Source of the DNA: Vulcanimicrobiota bacterium
Lineage (GTDB): Bacteria; Vulcanimicrobiota; Vulcanimicrobiia; Vulcanimicrobiales; Vulcanimicrobiaceae
Reading direction: 5' to 3'
DNA length: 64,000 nt
Assembly (NCBI GenBank): GCA_963812155.1
Contig: CAWETW010000003.1
Location: forward strand, 448,001 to 512,000
Shown here: piece by piece, positions 19,186-28,946 of the stretch
How positions within the stretch are numbered: the first letter of the stretch is position 1
How the letters are laid out: each line of letters opens with the position of its first letter
The notes under the pieces: generated by a model
The model's database searches: none
Told to the model about the DNA's origin: nothing
Seen by the model: the letters and a program-made list of their open reading frames with translations, nothing else
Position numbers and translations under genes: made by a program

Positions 19186-19557
19186 ATGCGACGGATCGTG
19201 ATTCTTCTCGTGGCGATGGCGGTGCCGGCGGCGGCGTCGGCCGACATCGCGCAGACGGCGGGATCGGGCATCGTCGTCACCACCTGCCACGCGCAAATCG
19301 GCAAGCCGCCGTTGCGGATCGCGTATAAAAACGACTCGCAGAAGGACGCGAAGGAGGTGGACTTCTCGCTCGTGGATGCCGCGGGTCTCGTAACGACCGT
19401 CCGCGACGTCGGAAAGTTCCAAGCCGGCGCGCAGATCAACCACGTCTTCGACCTGCCGCCCGACGTGTCGCCGCTGGGACTCAGTTCGGCGAGCTGCATC
19501 GTTACCAAAGTCACCTACGCAGACGGAACGAGCTGGACGAACCCGAATCCGCCGTAG
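19186..19557 (+). CDS. Hypothetical secreted protein
   Basis: Signal peptide MRRIVILLVAM..ASA; DVGKF..GA.I.H and C.V..V.YADGTSW pattern. Confidence 0.7.
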   Translation: MRRIVILLVAMAVPAAASADIAQTAGSGIVVTTCHAQIGKPPLRIAYKNDSQKDAKEVDFSLVDAAGLVTTVRDVGKFQAGAQINHVFDLPPDVSPLGLSSASCIVTKVTYADGTSWTNPNPP

Positions 19558-19593
19558 GGTGAGAGTCGCAATACCTGCGATTCAAGCTTCGCC

Positions 19594-22305
19594 ATGATTT
19601 CTACACGTATCGTTTGCCGGCAGTTCGTCGGCCGCGAAGAGGAAATCGAACATCTCGTATCGCGACGCCGCCAGGCCGGCGACGCCCACGGCGGCCTGGT
19701 GCTCGTCGGCGGGGAGCCCGGCATCGGGAAATCGCGCCTCGTCCAAGAGTTTAAAGAGCGCCTCACCCGCTTAACCTCGATCGTTGCATCGAGCGCGTGC
19801 CGCGAGTTCGCCCAGAAGCCGCTGCGCCCGTTGCTCGAACTCCTCGGCCAGACCGCAGGCTCCGGTGCGTCAGATTTCGCGTGCTCGTCAAAGGCCGAGC
19901 GGCTCGAGATGATTGCGGAGACGTTCGAACGCGTCTCTGCGAAACGCACGACCGTCGCCATACTAGAAGACGTGCACTGGGCGGACGTCGATCTGATGCA
20001 GACGCTGCTCGTCCTCACGCGGCGAGCGGCGAACAAACGTCTGCTCTTCGTTGCGACCTACCGCGATAACGAGCTCTCGCCGGCGCATCCGCTCTTCAAG
20101 TGGTTCGGACAGCTCGTCCGCGAGCCGGCGGTTTCGGTCGTTACGCTTTCTCGCTTCTCGGATCGGGAACTCGAGCGCTTGATGACGCATGCGATCCGGG
20201 GAACCGTTACGCTCGCGCCGCCGGTCCTCCACGCAGTGCGCGACCGGTCCGACGGGAATCCGCTCTTCGCCGAAGAGCTGTTACGAAGCGCGGTCGATTC
20301 GAAGCGTAGCGGAAGTTCCGGCGGTGAGCGCTCGCTGCCGATATCGCTGCACGCGCTGGTCGAGGAGCGCCTGCGGGAATGCACCGGCGCGGAACGCGCA
20401 TTTCTGCGTCATGCGTCGCTCGCCGGGCGCGACTTTAACGTCGCCCACGTGTGCGACATTTTCGGCGGGGCGGCTGCGGCACGGCCGATGCTCGATCGGC
20501 TGCAAGAGTTGCAGCTCGTCGATGCGGTCGACGCGACGAGCGGCAGGTACCGCTTTCGCCACGCGCTCACGCGCGACGCCGTTTACGGCGAGATCCCGAT
20601 CGAGGCGTTGCGATCGCTGCACCTCCAAATGGCCGAGCACTTGGAAGACTTGCCGCAGGCGCAGGATGCGCCGGAAATTCTCGGTCATCATCTCTGGGAA
20701 GCCGATCGACCGCGAGCGCGCCGCCGGCTATTACGAACGTGCGGGGGACGCGGCCATGACCGTCTTCGCGTACGACGCCGCCGCGGCGTTTTATCGTCGC
20801 GCTGCCGAGGGTTTCGCACGCGACCGCGCGGCGCGTGCTCGCGCGTACGCTCGAGCGGCCCGGCGCTCATCTTTGCCGGCGACTTGGACGGCGGGCTCGC
20901 GCAGTACGAACGCGCGGTCGACCTCACGCTCGAACTCGGCGATGTGAGCGAGGTCGTCCGCAGCCGCGCGTTGATGGCGGGCCACCTGTTCGACGGAGGC
21001 CGTCGCGAAGAGGCGATCGAGTTGCTGCGCGCGACGCTGCCGATCGCCGAGCAGGGCCAAGCGTCTCTGCAGGTACGGCTGCGGACGAGACTGGCGATGA
21101 TGCTGGCGCGCGACGGGCGCCTCGACGCGGCCTGGAATACGCTCCAGGCAATCGATGCTGCAACTCTCGACCCGCACGACGGACTGACCGGAGAGTACTA
21201 CCTGTGTGCGAGCGAACTCCACGCGCTGCGTGCGGAGCCGCTGCAGTTTCGCGCGTGCTTTGCCAAAGGCATCGCCATCTATGAGGCGCTTGGCCATCCG
21301 GGCCCCTTGCAGATCGCGCACGCCAACTTCGCAGTACAGGCGCTGAGCGTAGGCGAAATGGAACTCGCGCGGACGCACCACCGCATCGCAGGCGAGCTGG
21401 CGCACACGCTGCACTTCGACGATCAGGAGACGCTGCGAGCGCAAGTCGCGTTCTACGCCGGCGATCTCATCGAAGCGCGACGAATCGTCGAGTCCATGCC
21501 CACGCCGCGAAGTTTCATGATGCGGGCAACGCTCATGCAGGTCGCCGTTCCGCTATCGATCGCACTCGGCGACGATCGGATGCTCGAGCGCTACGACGAC
21601 GAGCGCATCCTCGAAGAAGCGGGTGACGCGCCTTTCTCTGCGCCCTTGACGCGCGTCGCCGCCGCGCGCGCGATGGCATTGACCGCGACGAACCGGCCGG
21701 GCGAAGGGCGCATGCTGCTCGGACGCATCTTGCAGTCGCTCAACACCGCGTTCGGAATGACGCTGCCGATCTTTGCCGTTGCGACGCTGCTGCCGGAACG
21801 CGCGAGCGAGATGCGCCCGTTGCTCGAAGCCGCCGCGCGGCCGGAGGGCGATCGTGTCGGCAAAGCGCTGCTGGCCTTCGTGGACGCGGCCGCCGCTGCG
21901 TGGCGCGGCGACGTCGCGGCTGCAGCAAGCGCGGCGTTCGAGGCCGCGCCACGGTTCGCGGCGATTGGATGGCCGCTGCTGGAAGCGCGGTCGCTGGAGA
22001 TGGCCGGCGATCGCCGTTCCGCCGTCGCGATCTACGAGCGCTGCGGCGCGGCGGGGGAGCTGCGCCGCTTGGAGTTCGGTGCGGGGAACGAGGAAGGGAC
22101 GGCGCTCGGCGTGCTCACGGCGCGAGAACGCGAACTCGCGCTGCTCGTTGCGGCGGGAAAAACGAACCGCGCGATTGCGACGTCGCTCTCGATCGGAGAG
22201 AAGGCCGTCGAAAAGTACCTTACCTCGATCTATGCAAAACTCGGCTTGAGTTCCCGCGCGCAACTGGCCGCACTCGTCGCGACGTCGCACTATCGTTTCG
22301 AGTAA
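19594..22305 (+). CDS. Large AAA-ATPase (STAND, MalT/LAL-like) regulator with C-terminal LuxR HTH; two compensating frameshifts near 20705 and 20860
   Basis: FVGREEE, GEPGIGKS, LEDVHWAD, DGNPLFAEE, YRFRHALTRDAVY; LTAREREL..LVAAGKTNRAIA..L.I.EKAVEKYLTSIYAKLG. The expected segment RAAGYYERAGDAA.. lies in another frame between ~20705 and ~20860. Confidence 0.9.
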   Translation: MISTRIVCRQFVGREEEIEHLVSRRRQAGDAHGGLVLVGGEPGIGKSRLVQEFKERLTRLTSIVASSACREFAQKPLRPLLELLGQTAGSGASDFACSSKAERLEMIAETFERVSAKRTTVAILEDVHWADVDLMQTLLVLTRRAANKRLLFVATYRDNELSPAHPLFKWFGQLVREPAVSVVTLSRFSDRELERLMTHAIRGTVTLAPPVLHAVRDRSDGNPLFAEELLRSAVDSKRSGSSGGERSLPISLHALVEERLRECTGAERAFLRHASLAGRDFNVAHVCDIFGGAAAARPMLDRLQELQLVDAVDATSGRYRFRHALTRDAVYGEIPIEALRSLHLQMAEHLEDLPQAQDAPEILGHHLWEADRPRARRRLLRTCGGRGHDRLRVRRRRGVLSSRCRGFRTRPRGACSRVRSSGPALIFAGDLDGGLAQYERAVDLTLELGDVSEVVRSRALMAGHLFDGGRREEAIELLRATLPIAEQGQASLQVRLRTRLAMMLARDGRLDAAWNTLQAIDAATLDPHDGLTGEYYLCASELHALRAEPLQFRACFAKGIAIYEALGHPGPLQIAHANFAVQALSVGEMELARTHHRIAGELAHTLHFDDQETLRAQVAFYAGDLIEARRIVESMPTPRSFMMRATLMQVAVPLSIALGDDRMLERYDDERILEEAGDAPFSAPLTRVAAARAMALTATNRPGEGRMLLGRILQSLNTAFGMTLPIFAVATLLPERASEMRPLLEAAARPEGDRVGKALLAFVDAAAAAWRGDVAAAASAAFEAAPRFAAIGWPLLEARSLEMAGDRRSAVAIYERCGAAGELRRLEFGAGNEEGTALGVLTARERELALLVAAGKTNRAIATSLSIGEKAVEKYLTSIYAKLGLSSRAQLAALVATSHYRFE

Positions 22306-22321
22306 CCGCGCAGCACCAGCG

Positions 22322-23365
22322 TTACGGCGTGGCCTTCACGACGCCGTTGCCCGAGTAGTCGGTGATCCACAACGTACCGTTGGGTCCTTGCGCGATGTCG
22401 GAAGCCAACGCAACGGGGATGGCATATTCGGTAACGGCACCGCTGGTGCTTACGCTTGCGACTTTGCTGTAACCGGCCTCGGTTACCCAGAGCGAGCCGT
22501 CCGCCAAGGTAATCGCTCCGGGGCCGGCTTGCGGCGAGAAGCCGGAGAACTCCGTCACCGTTCCGCCGGGGGTGATGCGGCCGATTTTGTTGACGGCGTT
22601 CTCCGTGAACCACACGTTACCGTCGGGGCCGTCGCTGATGTCGACGAGGCCGGCGTTGCTGGTGATGCCGTTGGTATATTCGGCGATCGTGCCCGACGGC
22701 GTGATGGAGCCGACACGGTTGTTGAACTCCTCGGTGAACCAGACGTTGCCGTCGGAGCCCTCCGTGATATCGTGCACGGCGATGTCGCCCGGAGAAAGCC
22801 CGTTCGTGAAGAGCGTGACCGCGCCCGACGTCGTGATGCGGCCGATCGCGTTGGCGCTGGGCGAGCGAAACGTAAACCACAGATTGCCGTCGGCGCCGTT
22901 ACAGATGTCGAAGGGTCCATAGGCTTCGTTGCCGACCCGGAAGATCTTGATTTTGCCTTTGGGCGTCATGCGGCCGATTGCGTCGGCGCCGCTTTCCGTG
23001 AACCAAATGTTGCCGTCGGGACCGGTAACGATGTTGTTAACGCCGTTGGTCGCCGCGGTGAATTCGCTTACCAACCCGCGTGCGTTGATATGACCGATTT
23101 GGTTCGAGCCGGGCTGCGTAAACCACAGCCACTGTGCGAACCCTGGCGTGATTCCGCGCGGGTTGCTGCTCGGCGTGATGCCTTGCGTATACTCGACGCT
23201 CTTGAATTTCGCGAGCGGGATCTGCGCCGCGACGCGCGATGTGCCGCCTGCCGTGTGCCCGTTGGGAATTTCCGAGCCGGATTGCCCGGTGCATCCCGCG
23301 ACCAACGTCGCCAGAGCAAAGCCTGCGGCCGCGAACGGCACGGAAGGCCGTAAGGTCTGTTTCAT
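22322..23365 (-). CDS. Vgb (virginiamycin B lyase)-like beta-propeller lipoprotein
   Basis: Lipobox VAGC; repeated I..GPDGN.WFTE...IGRITP.G.VTEF blades; GAGG RBS before ATG 23365. Confidence 0.88.
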   Translation of the reverse strand: MKQTLRPSVPFAAAGFALATLVAGCTGQSGSEIPNGHTAGGTSRVAAQIPLAKFKSVEYTQGITPSSNPRGITPGFAQWLWFTQPGSNQIGHINARGLVSEFTAATNGVNNIVTGPDGNIWFTESGADAIGRMTPKGKIKIFRVGNEAYGPFDICNGADGNLWFTFRSPSANAIGRITTSGAVTLFTNGLSPGDIAVHDITEGSDGNVWFTEEFNNRVGSITPSGTIAEYTNGITSNAGLVDISDGPDGNVWFTENAVNKIGRITPGGTVTEFSGFSPQAGPGAITLADGSLWVTEAGYSKVASVSTSGAVTEYAIPVALASDIAQGPNGTLWITDYSGNGVVKATP

Positions 23366-23415
23366 GTCAGTCCCCTCCTCATCCGTATCGTAGGGCGGGA
23401 GCGGGCACGGACGTA

Positions 23416-23430
23416 GTAGGGGAACCCCAC
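23416..23430. promoter_or_regulatory. Palindromic GTAGGGGAACCCCAC, candidate LuxR/NarL-type operator upstream of the Vgb-like gene
   Basis: Imperfect inverted repeat ~50 nt upstream of the start; the convergent neighbour is a LuxR-HTH regulator. Confidence 0.4.
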
Positions 23431-23453
23431 CAATTCCCGAGCGCAGGACGTCG

Positions 23454-24275
23454 TCAATCGGAGTCGGGCCACGTCTCCGCGAGGAATGCGGCCGCGCGTT
23501 CTGCGGCTTGGCGATAGACCGCCGACAGCGCATCCTCCAACGAACGTTCGCCGCTCCAAAACGGAAAGCGGCCGGCGCGGCGCAACGGCCACGCGTCCAC
23601 CGGTGGGGCGTCGACCGGCGGCCGCGATGCCGTCGATTCAGAGGCCGTTTCGATGCCGGCGACGGCCGGTGTGGTTGCGGCGGACGCTTCGAGCTTGAGC
23701 GCCGCGAGCAGCGCGTCGCGCTGTAATCCGCGCAGGGCGAAGAGCAGAAACGGATCGCGATCGAACTCTTCGCCGATGAGGTAATAGACCGCCGCCACGT
23801 GTTTGCACGGATTCGACGCGTCCGGACACGAGCACGTCGTGTGGACGTCGCGGATCGACTTCGGAAACAGCTCGCAGCCGGCCTCGCGAAATGCCGTTTC
23901 GATGTCGTCGGGCATCTCGCCGTTGAGCAACATCGCCAAAAAGCGCGGCGTTTGCGAAATCCGCTCCGTCACGACGCGCCACTGTGCGCGCGTGAGCGGC
24001 GTCATCCGCATCGTCACGATATACGGATCCTCGCGCGAGCCTTGCACCGTCGCGCGAACGCCGCTCGGCTCGACCGTAATCTCAATGACTTGACCGCGCC
24101 GCGCGTACGAGCGGCCGCGTGCCAAACGCGCTCCCAACCCGAAACCTTCGAGCACGGCGATCCAGCGCTTGGCCCACCAGCGTTCGCCGAACGGGCCCTT
24201 TTTCGATTGCGCTTGAATGCCGCGCGCCGGCAGCGGCTTCGACCAACGCGGGAAACGATCTTCAAATCGCGGCAT
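23454..24275 (-). CDS. SWIM zinc-finger protein
   Basis: WWAKRWI..LE, RLARGRSYARRG, CSCPD...PCKHVAAVYY, DRDPFLLF.LRG. Confidence 0.93.
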   Translation of the reverse strand: MPRFEDRFPRWSKPLPARGIQAQSKKGPFGERWWAKRWIAVLEGFGLGARLARGRSYARRGQVIEITVEPSGVRATVQGSREDPYIVTMRMTPLTRAQWRVVTERISQTPRFLAMLLNGEMPDDIETAFREAGCELFPKSIRDVHTTCSCPDASNPCKHVAAVYYLIGEEFDRDPFLLFALRGLQRDALLAALKLEASAATTPAVAGIETASESTASRPPVDAPPVDAWPLRRAGRFPFWSGERSLEDALSAVYRQAAERAAAFLAETWPDSD

Positions 24276-24279
24276 CGCG

Positions 24280-27156
24280 CTACGCCTCCACCGCTTCGGG
24301 CGACAACGCGACCAGTTCGCGCAACTGACGGCCCGAAAGTTCGGTCAGCCACGCCTCGCCGGTGCCGATCACGTTGTCTGCGACCGCGCGTTTTCGCTCG
24401 ATGAGTTCGTCGATACGTTCTTCCAGCGTCCCCGCACACAGAAACTTGTGGACTTGCACGTTCTTGGTTTGCCCGATGCGAAATGCGCGATCGGTGGCCT
24501 GGTCTTCGACCGCCGGATTCCACCAGCGGTCGAAATGGAACACGTGGTTGGCGCGCGTGAGATTGAGACCGCTGCCGCCGGCTTTGAGCGAGAGCACGAA
24601 CAACGCCGGACCGTCGCCGCTTTGAAAACGCTCGACCATCGTATCGCGCTGCTTCTTGGGAACCCCGCCGTGCAAAAACAGCACCTCGCGCCCGAAGCGC
24701 TCCGACAGGCGCCGCACGAGCAACTCACCCATCTCCGCGAACTGCGTGAAGATCAACGCGCGGTCGCCGACGTCGAGCACTTCTTCGAGCATTTCTTCGA
24801 GCCGCGACAGCTTTCCGGAGCGGCCGGCGACCGGCGATCGATCTTTGGCAAACTGCGCCGGATGGTTGCAGACCTGCTTGAGCTTCGAGAGCAGCGCGAG
24901 GATCTTGCCGCGCCGGCTGATTCCTTCGGATTCGTCGAGGCTCGGTTCGAGATCGCGCAGCACGGCCGCGTAGAGCGAGCCCTGCTCGCGCGTCAGCGTG
25001 CAGTAGACCTTCATCTCGTTCTTTTCGGGCAGGTCGGCGATGACGCGCGGATCGCTCTTGCTGCGGCGCAGCACGAACGGGCCGGTAAGGCGCTTGAGCC
25101 GGTCGGATGCGGTCGCGTCGCGCAGCGCCTGAATCGGTATGAGAAACTCCCGTTTGAATGTCGCTTGCGATCCGAGCAAGCCGGCATTGAGAAACTCCAT
25201 GATCGACCACAAATCGCCGACGTGATTCTCGACCGGCGTGCCGGTGAGCGCGATGCGATAGCCGGCGTCGAGCGCGCGAGCCGCCCGCGCCTGTTTGCTC
25301 TCCGGGTTCTTGACGTTCTGCGCTTCATCGAGCACCGCGCCGCGCCAGCGGATTTTCGCGAACAGGTCGGAATCGCGCTGCAGCAGCGCGTAGCTGGTGA
25401 CGACGAGTGCGTGCCGTTTGGCTTCGCGTGCAAAGCGGGCATCGCGCAGGCGGTCGCTGCCGTGGTGCACGTGCACCGGCAGCTCGGGCGTGAACCGTTG
25501 CGATTCGCGCACCCAATTTTCGATCACCGACGTGGGGCAGGCCAGCAGCACCGGCGCGCCGGGGCTTTCGCGCCAGTCGCGCAGGATCAAGCAGAGGGTT
25601 TGAATCGTCTTCCCGAGGCCCATGTCGTCGGCGAGACATGCGCCGAAGCCGCCGGCGGTGAGGAATTGCAGCCAACTGTAACCGCGCAGTTGATAGGGCC
25701 GCAGTTGCGCGTGCAGACCTTTGGGCGGCGGAAGTTGCGCGTAGGACTCTTCGCCTTGCAGCCGGTCGAGCAGCGTGCGCACCCGGCCGCCGGCGTCGAC
25801 GACGGCGTGTGCGTCGAGTTCCAGCCGCGCGATCTCGCCCATCGAGAGCTGCGTTTGACCCGCTTTGAGACGGTCGAGCGCCGCGCGCAGGTCGCTGGGC
25901 TCGACGTGTACCCATTGGCCGCGTACGCGCACCAATGGAACTTTGAGGCGTGCCAGGCGCTCGAGTTCGCGCGCCGGCAGCGCGGCGTCGCCGAGCACGA
26001 CGCTCCAGTTCACGTCGAGCAGCGAATCCGCGCGCAAGCCGGCCGTGACCGCCGGGGCCTTCACGCGCGCGCGCGTCGTGATGCGCGCTTTCGCATTTTT
26101 GCCCAACCACCAGGCCGGGAGGATCACGCCGATGCCCGCTTGTTCGAGCAGCCATGCGGTTTCGGAAAGAAAACGATACGCGCCCGCGAGGTCTACATCG
26201 CAGTGGGTCGGCACCGTCGACGCCTGCAGCGACGCTGCGACGTCGGGCGACACTTGCGCCGCGCGCCCGAGCGCGGCGAGCAACGCGCGCCGCGTGGCGG
26301 CGGTCGCCATGGCGCTCTTGGTGTCGAGCAGCAACGACGGGTCGCTGCGGCCCTGCAAGAGATAGGCGATGCGCCACGGTTCGTCGTCGCTTTGCGGTTC
26401 TTCGATGCGCAGGCAAAGGCGATACTCGGCGGCGTGCTCTTCCAAAACCGGGCGGCGCCACTCCGCAACGTGCGCCGCCAACGCGCGCAGTTCGGCCGGC
26501 TCTCCCGCAATCGCGCCGTCCGGCGAGCGCAGCGCGCGAATCCAGCGATCGTGCAGCGACGCGGGTGCGCCGTTGGAGTGCGCGGTCGAGGCGGTGGCGT
26601 CGCGGACGAGTGCGTCGACGGCAACGCCAAGGAATCGTTCGAGCGAAGGTGCGGCATCGGGCATCGCTGCCGCCAGCATGGCGGCGAGTTTTCGCTCCCG
26701 CTCGCCGAGCAGCGGTTCCCATACAGCGCGATACTGCTTGCGCGTCGCGTCGTAGGCCACGCTTGGCAGAAAGCGCTGCGCCGCTACGATTTCGGCGGCC
26801 AAGCGGAGCGCGTCGCACCAGTGCGCGAGATCGCGCCCAATCGCGACGCCGGCACCGAGCATTTCGCGTCCGACCGTCGCGCGCAGCAGTGCAATCGCCT
26901 CGCGTGCGCCGAGGGCGATGCCTTCGCGCGTGACGCTGCCGGTTGCAGCCGACTTGGCGGCCGCATCGCCGATGTTCCACGCGCCGACGTCGAGGTGCGG
27001 CAAATGCTCCCGCAGCAGGCGGCGCAATGCGGGCGGCCGCAGCACCGGCTGCGTCCACAAAAACAACGCGTCGCCCGCCATTGCCGCGTGCAACACGGTC
27101 ACCGCCGCGCGACGCGGCCGGCGAGGCGCGCGCTTCAGTTCGGACGCTTTAACCAC
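24280..27156 (-). CDS. SNF2-family (SWI2/SNF2) helicase, DUF3670-type
   Basis: LRPYQ, LADDMGLGKT, DEAQNVKN, LTGTPVEN, LKQVCNHP, SLKAGGSGLNLT, DRWWNPAVEDQATDRAFRIGQ. Confidence 0.96.
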   Translation of the reverse strand: MVKASELKRAPRRPRRAAVTVLHAAMAGDALFLWTQPVLRPPALRRLLREHLPHLDVGAWNIGDAAAKSAATGSVTREGIALGAREAIALLRATVGREMLGAGVAIGRDLAHWCDALRLAAEIVAAQRFLPSVAYDATRKQYRAVWEPLLGERERKLAAMLAAAMPDAAPSLERFLGVAVDALVRDATASTAHSNGAPASLHDRWIRALRSPDGAIAGEPAELRALAAHVAEWRRPVLEEHAAEYRLCLRIEEPQSDDEPWRIAYLLQGRSDPSLLLDTKSAMATAATRRALLAALGRAAQVSPDVAASLQASTVPTHCDVDLAGAYRFLSETAWLLEQAGIGVILPAWWLGKNAKARITTRARVKAPAVTAGLRADSLLDVNWSVVLGDAALPARELERLARLKVPLVRVRGQWVHVEPSDLRAALDRLKAGQTQLSMGEIARLELDAHAVVDAGGRVRTLLDRLQGEESYAQLPPPKGLHAQLRPYQLRGYSWLQFLTAGGFGACLADDMGLGKTIQTLCLILRDWRESPGAPVLLACPTSVIENWVRESQRFTPELPVHVHHGSDRLRDARFAREAKRHALVVTSYALLQRDSDLFAKIRWRGAVLDEAQNVKNPESKQARAARALDAGYRIALTGTPVENHVGDLWSIMEFLNAGLLGSQATFKREFLIPIQALRDATASDRLKRLTGPFVLRRSKSDPRVIADLPEKNEMKVYCTLTREQGSLYAAVLRDLEPSLDESEGISRRGKILALLSKLKQVCNHPAQFAKDRSPVAGRSGKLSRLEEMLEEVLDVGDRALIFTQFAEMGELLVRRLSERFGREVLFLHGGVPKKQRDTMVERFQSGDGPALFVLSLKAGGSGLNLTRANHVFHFDRWWNPAVEDQATDRAFRIGQTKNVQVHKFLCAGTLEERIDELIERKRAVADNVIGTGEAWLTELSGRQLRELVALSPEAVEA

Positions 27157-27215
27157 GTCGCTACGTCATCAGCCGAATGCACAACCGGCTTGGCTTCGAC
27201 GCAGCGCACGAAGCG

Positions 27216-27241
27216 GCCCCCGCCGCAAAAGCGGCGGGGGC
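27216..27241. other. Perfect 11-bp GC hairpin (GCCCCCGCCGC-AAAA-GCGGCGGGGGC) in the SNF2/SDR divergent intergenic region
   Basis: Direct inspection; no U-tract follows on either strand. Confidence 0.8.
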
Positions 27242-27333
27242 ATTGCATGCTTCGGGTCTACGAGTGGTAAAGGGTAGCGTGAGACAATGAAAGCTTATCG
27301 ATGGTCTCATGCCCGCGCTCCAGACGCATCCGT

Positions 27334-27365
27334 CCTACAGCGTAACTTCCCTACAGCGTAACTTC
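27334..27365. repeat. Tandem direct repeat 2 x 16 bp CCTACAGCGTAACTTC
   Basis: Copies at 27334-27349 and 27350-27365. Confidence 0.9.
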
Positions 27366-27382
27366 GATAGAGTCGTCGAGTA

Positions 27383-28819
27383 GTGCGGATCCTGGTAACC
27401 GGCGCGACCGGGTATATCGGAGGGCGCCTCGTACCGCGCTTACTCGAAGCGGGCCACTCCGTCCGGTGTCTCGCTCGAAACGCCATGCGCCTCGCCGGCA
27501 GATTCCCCGGCGCCGAAATCGTCGAGGGCGATATCTTCGACGAGCACGCCGTGCGAGAGGCCTGCAGGGGCGTCGACGCCGCTTATTATTTGGTGCATTC
27601 GATGGGCGACTCCTCACGGTTTGCCGAGCGCGACCACGATGCGGCCGCACTCTGCGGCAGGTGCGCTCGCGAAGGCGGCGTTTCGCGCATCGTCTATCTG
27701 GGCGGCTTGGGAGCCGACGACGCCACGCTTTCGCGGCATCTCGCCAGCCGTCATGAAGTGGGCGCCGTGCTGCGGAAAAGCGGCGTGGAGATTATCGAGT
27801 TTCGTGCGGCAATCATCATCGGAGCGGGGAGCGTCTCTTTTGAAATGATGCGCTATCTCACGGATCGGTTGCCCGTAATGATCGCACCGCGCTGGGTGAC
27901 GACTCGGTCGCAGCCGATCGCCGTGAACGACGTCTTGCGCTATCTCGTCGCCGCGCTCGATCTTCCGCACGGTGATTCGCGCATCTACGAAATCGGCGGT
28001 GCGGACGTCGTGACGTATCGCGAGATGATGCTGCGGTACGCGCGTCTGCGCAACCTCAGACGTACGATCGTCATCGTGCCGTTCTTTACGGCGCGGCTTT
28101 CCTCGTACTGGGTCCACCTCGTGACGCCGGTCCCCGCGCGGCTCGCGCAACCGCTCATCTTGGGACTGCACAACGAAGTAATCGTCCGCGACCAGGCCGC
28201 GCGGCGAGATTTTCCCCACATCGTGCCGATAGACTTCGAGACCGCGGTCGCCGCTGCGCTGGATCGATACCGAACCAACGGCCCCGAAACGTCCTGGTTC
28301 GATGCGTTCCACGTGCGCAAGCTGCCGGCCACGTTTACGGGCGCCAGCGAAGGCATGCTGATCGATCGCCGCGAGCGCGTTACCGGCGCGACGCCGCGAC
28401 AGGTCGCGTCGGTCTTCATGCAGCTCGGCGGAACGTACGGCTGGCTCTATGGTAACGCATTATGGGAGCTCCGCGGTCTCTTGGACCGCGCGATAGGAGG
28501 GATCGGTTTGCGGCGAGGCCGTCGCAGCGCAACCGATCTGCGCGTTGGCGACGCCGTCGACTTTTGGCGCGTCGACGCGTTGGAACCCGATCGCCTTCTG
28601 AGACTGCGGGCCGAGATGAAGCTTCCAGGTCGAGCGTGGCTGGAGTTCGTCGCGGACGGGCTGAGCGATGGGCGAACGCGGCTCACCCAAACGGCCTTTT
28701 TCGAGCCTCGCGGATTGTTCGGATTGATCTACTGGTATCTCGTCTTTCCGTTTCACGGACTCATCTTTAGCGAGATGGCTTCGCGGATCGTCGCTCGCGC
28801 CGAAGAGCCACCCACCTGA
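27383..28819 (+). CDS. NAD(P)-binding SDR/epimerase-like protein with C-terminal DUF2867 (YbjT-like)
   Basis: ILVTGATGYIGG, AYYLVHSM, YLGGLG; C-terminal GDAVDFWRV, LRAEMKLPGRAWLEF, FEPRGLFG..YWY. Confidence 0.9.
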   Translation: MRILVTGATGYIGGRLVPRLLEAGHSVRCLARNAMRLAGRFPGAEIVEGDIFDEHAVREACRGVDAAYYLVHSMGDSSRFAERDHDAAALCGRCAREGGVSRIVYLGGLGADDATLSRHLASRHEVGAVLRKSGVEIIEFRAAIIIGAGSVSFEMMRYLTDRLPVMIAPRWVTTRSQPIAVNDVLRYLVAALDLPHGDSRIYEIGGADVVTYREMMLRYARLRNLRRTIVIVPFFTARLSSYWVHLVTPVPARLAQPLILGLHNEVIVRDQAARRDFPHIVPIDFETAVAAALDRYRTNGPETSWFDAFHVRKLPATFTGASEGMLIDRRERVTGATPRQVASVFMQLGGTYGWLYGNALWELRGLLDRAIGGIGLRRGRRSATDLRVGDAVDFWRVDALEPDRLLRLRAEMKLPGRAWLEFVADGLSDGRTRLTQTAFFEPRGLFGLIYWYLVFPFHGLIFSEMASRIVARAEEPPT

Positions 28820-28946
28820 TCCAGGTAGGAGGCCCACGATGATGCGCTCGGCCACGGTCAGCTTTTGGTCATACGGCGCGCCAGGCGGCGCGGTCGCGTA
28901 TTTCAAACCTAGGGGCTTTGCGCTCAGTCACGAGAAAGGTTGAAAG

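Noticed and set aside
17861..23365. Antibiotic-resistance genes (beta-lactamase, vgb)
   Set aside because: Only fold-level similarity. The serine hydrolase is a generic peptidase-like member, and the Vgb-like protein is one of many lipoprotein propellers.
23454..27156. SNF2 + SWIM pair as a new defence system
   Set aside because: This is a widespread known chromosomal pair with host-like GC and no flanking defence or mobility genes.
24217..27270. 1017-aa plus-strand ORF (and similar long ORFs such as 1247-2953 +, 8689-10341 +, 5375-6781 +, 33521-34699 +)
   Set aside because: Antisense or alternate-frame shadows of well-supported genes in GC-rich DNA; Arg-rich, with no motifs.
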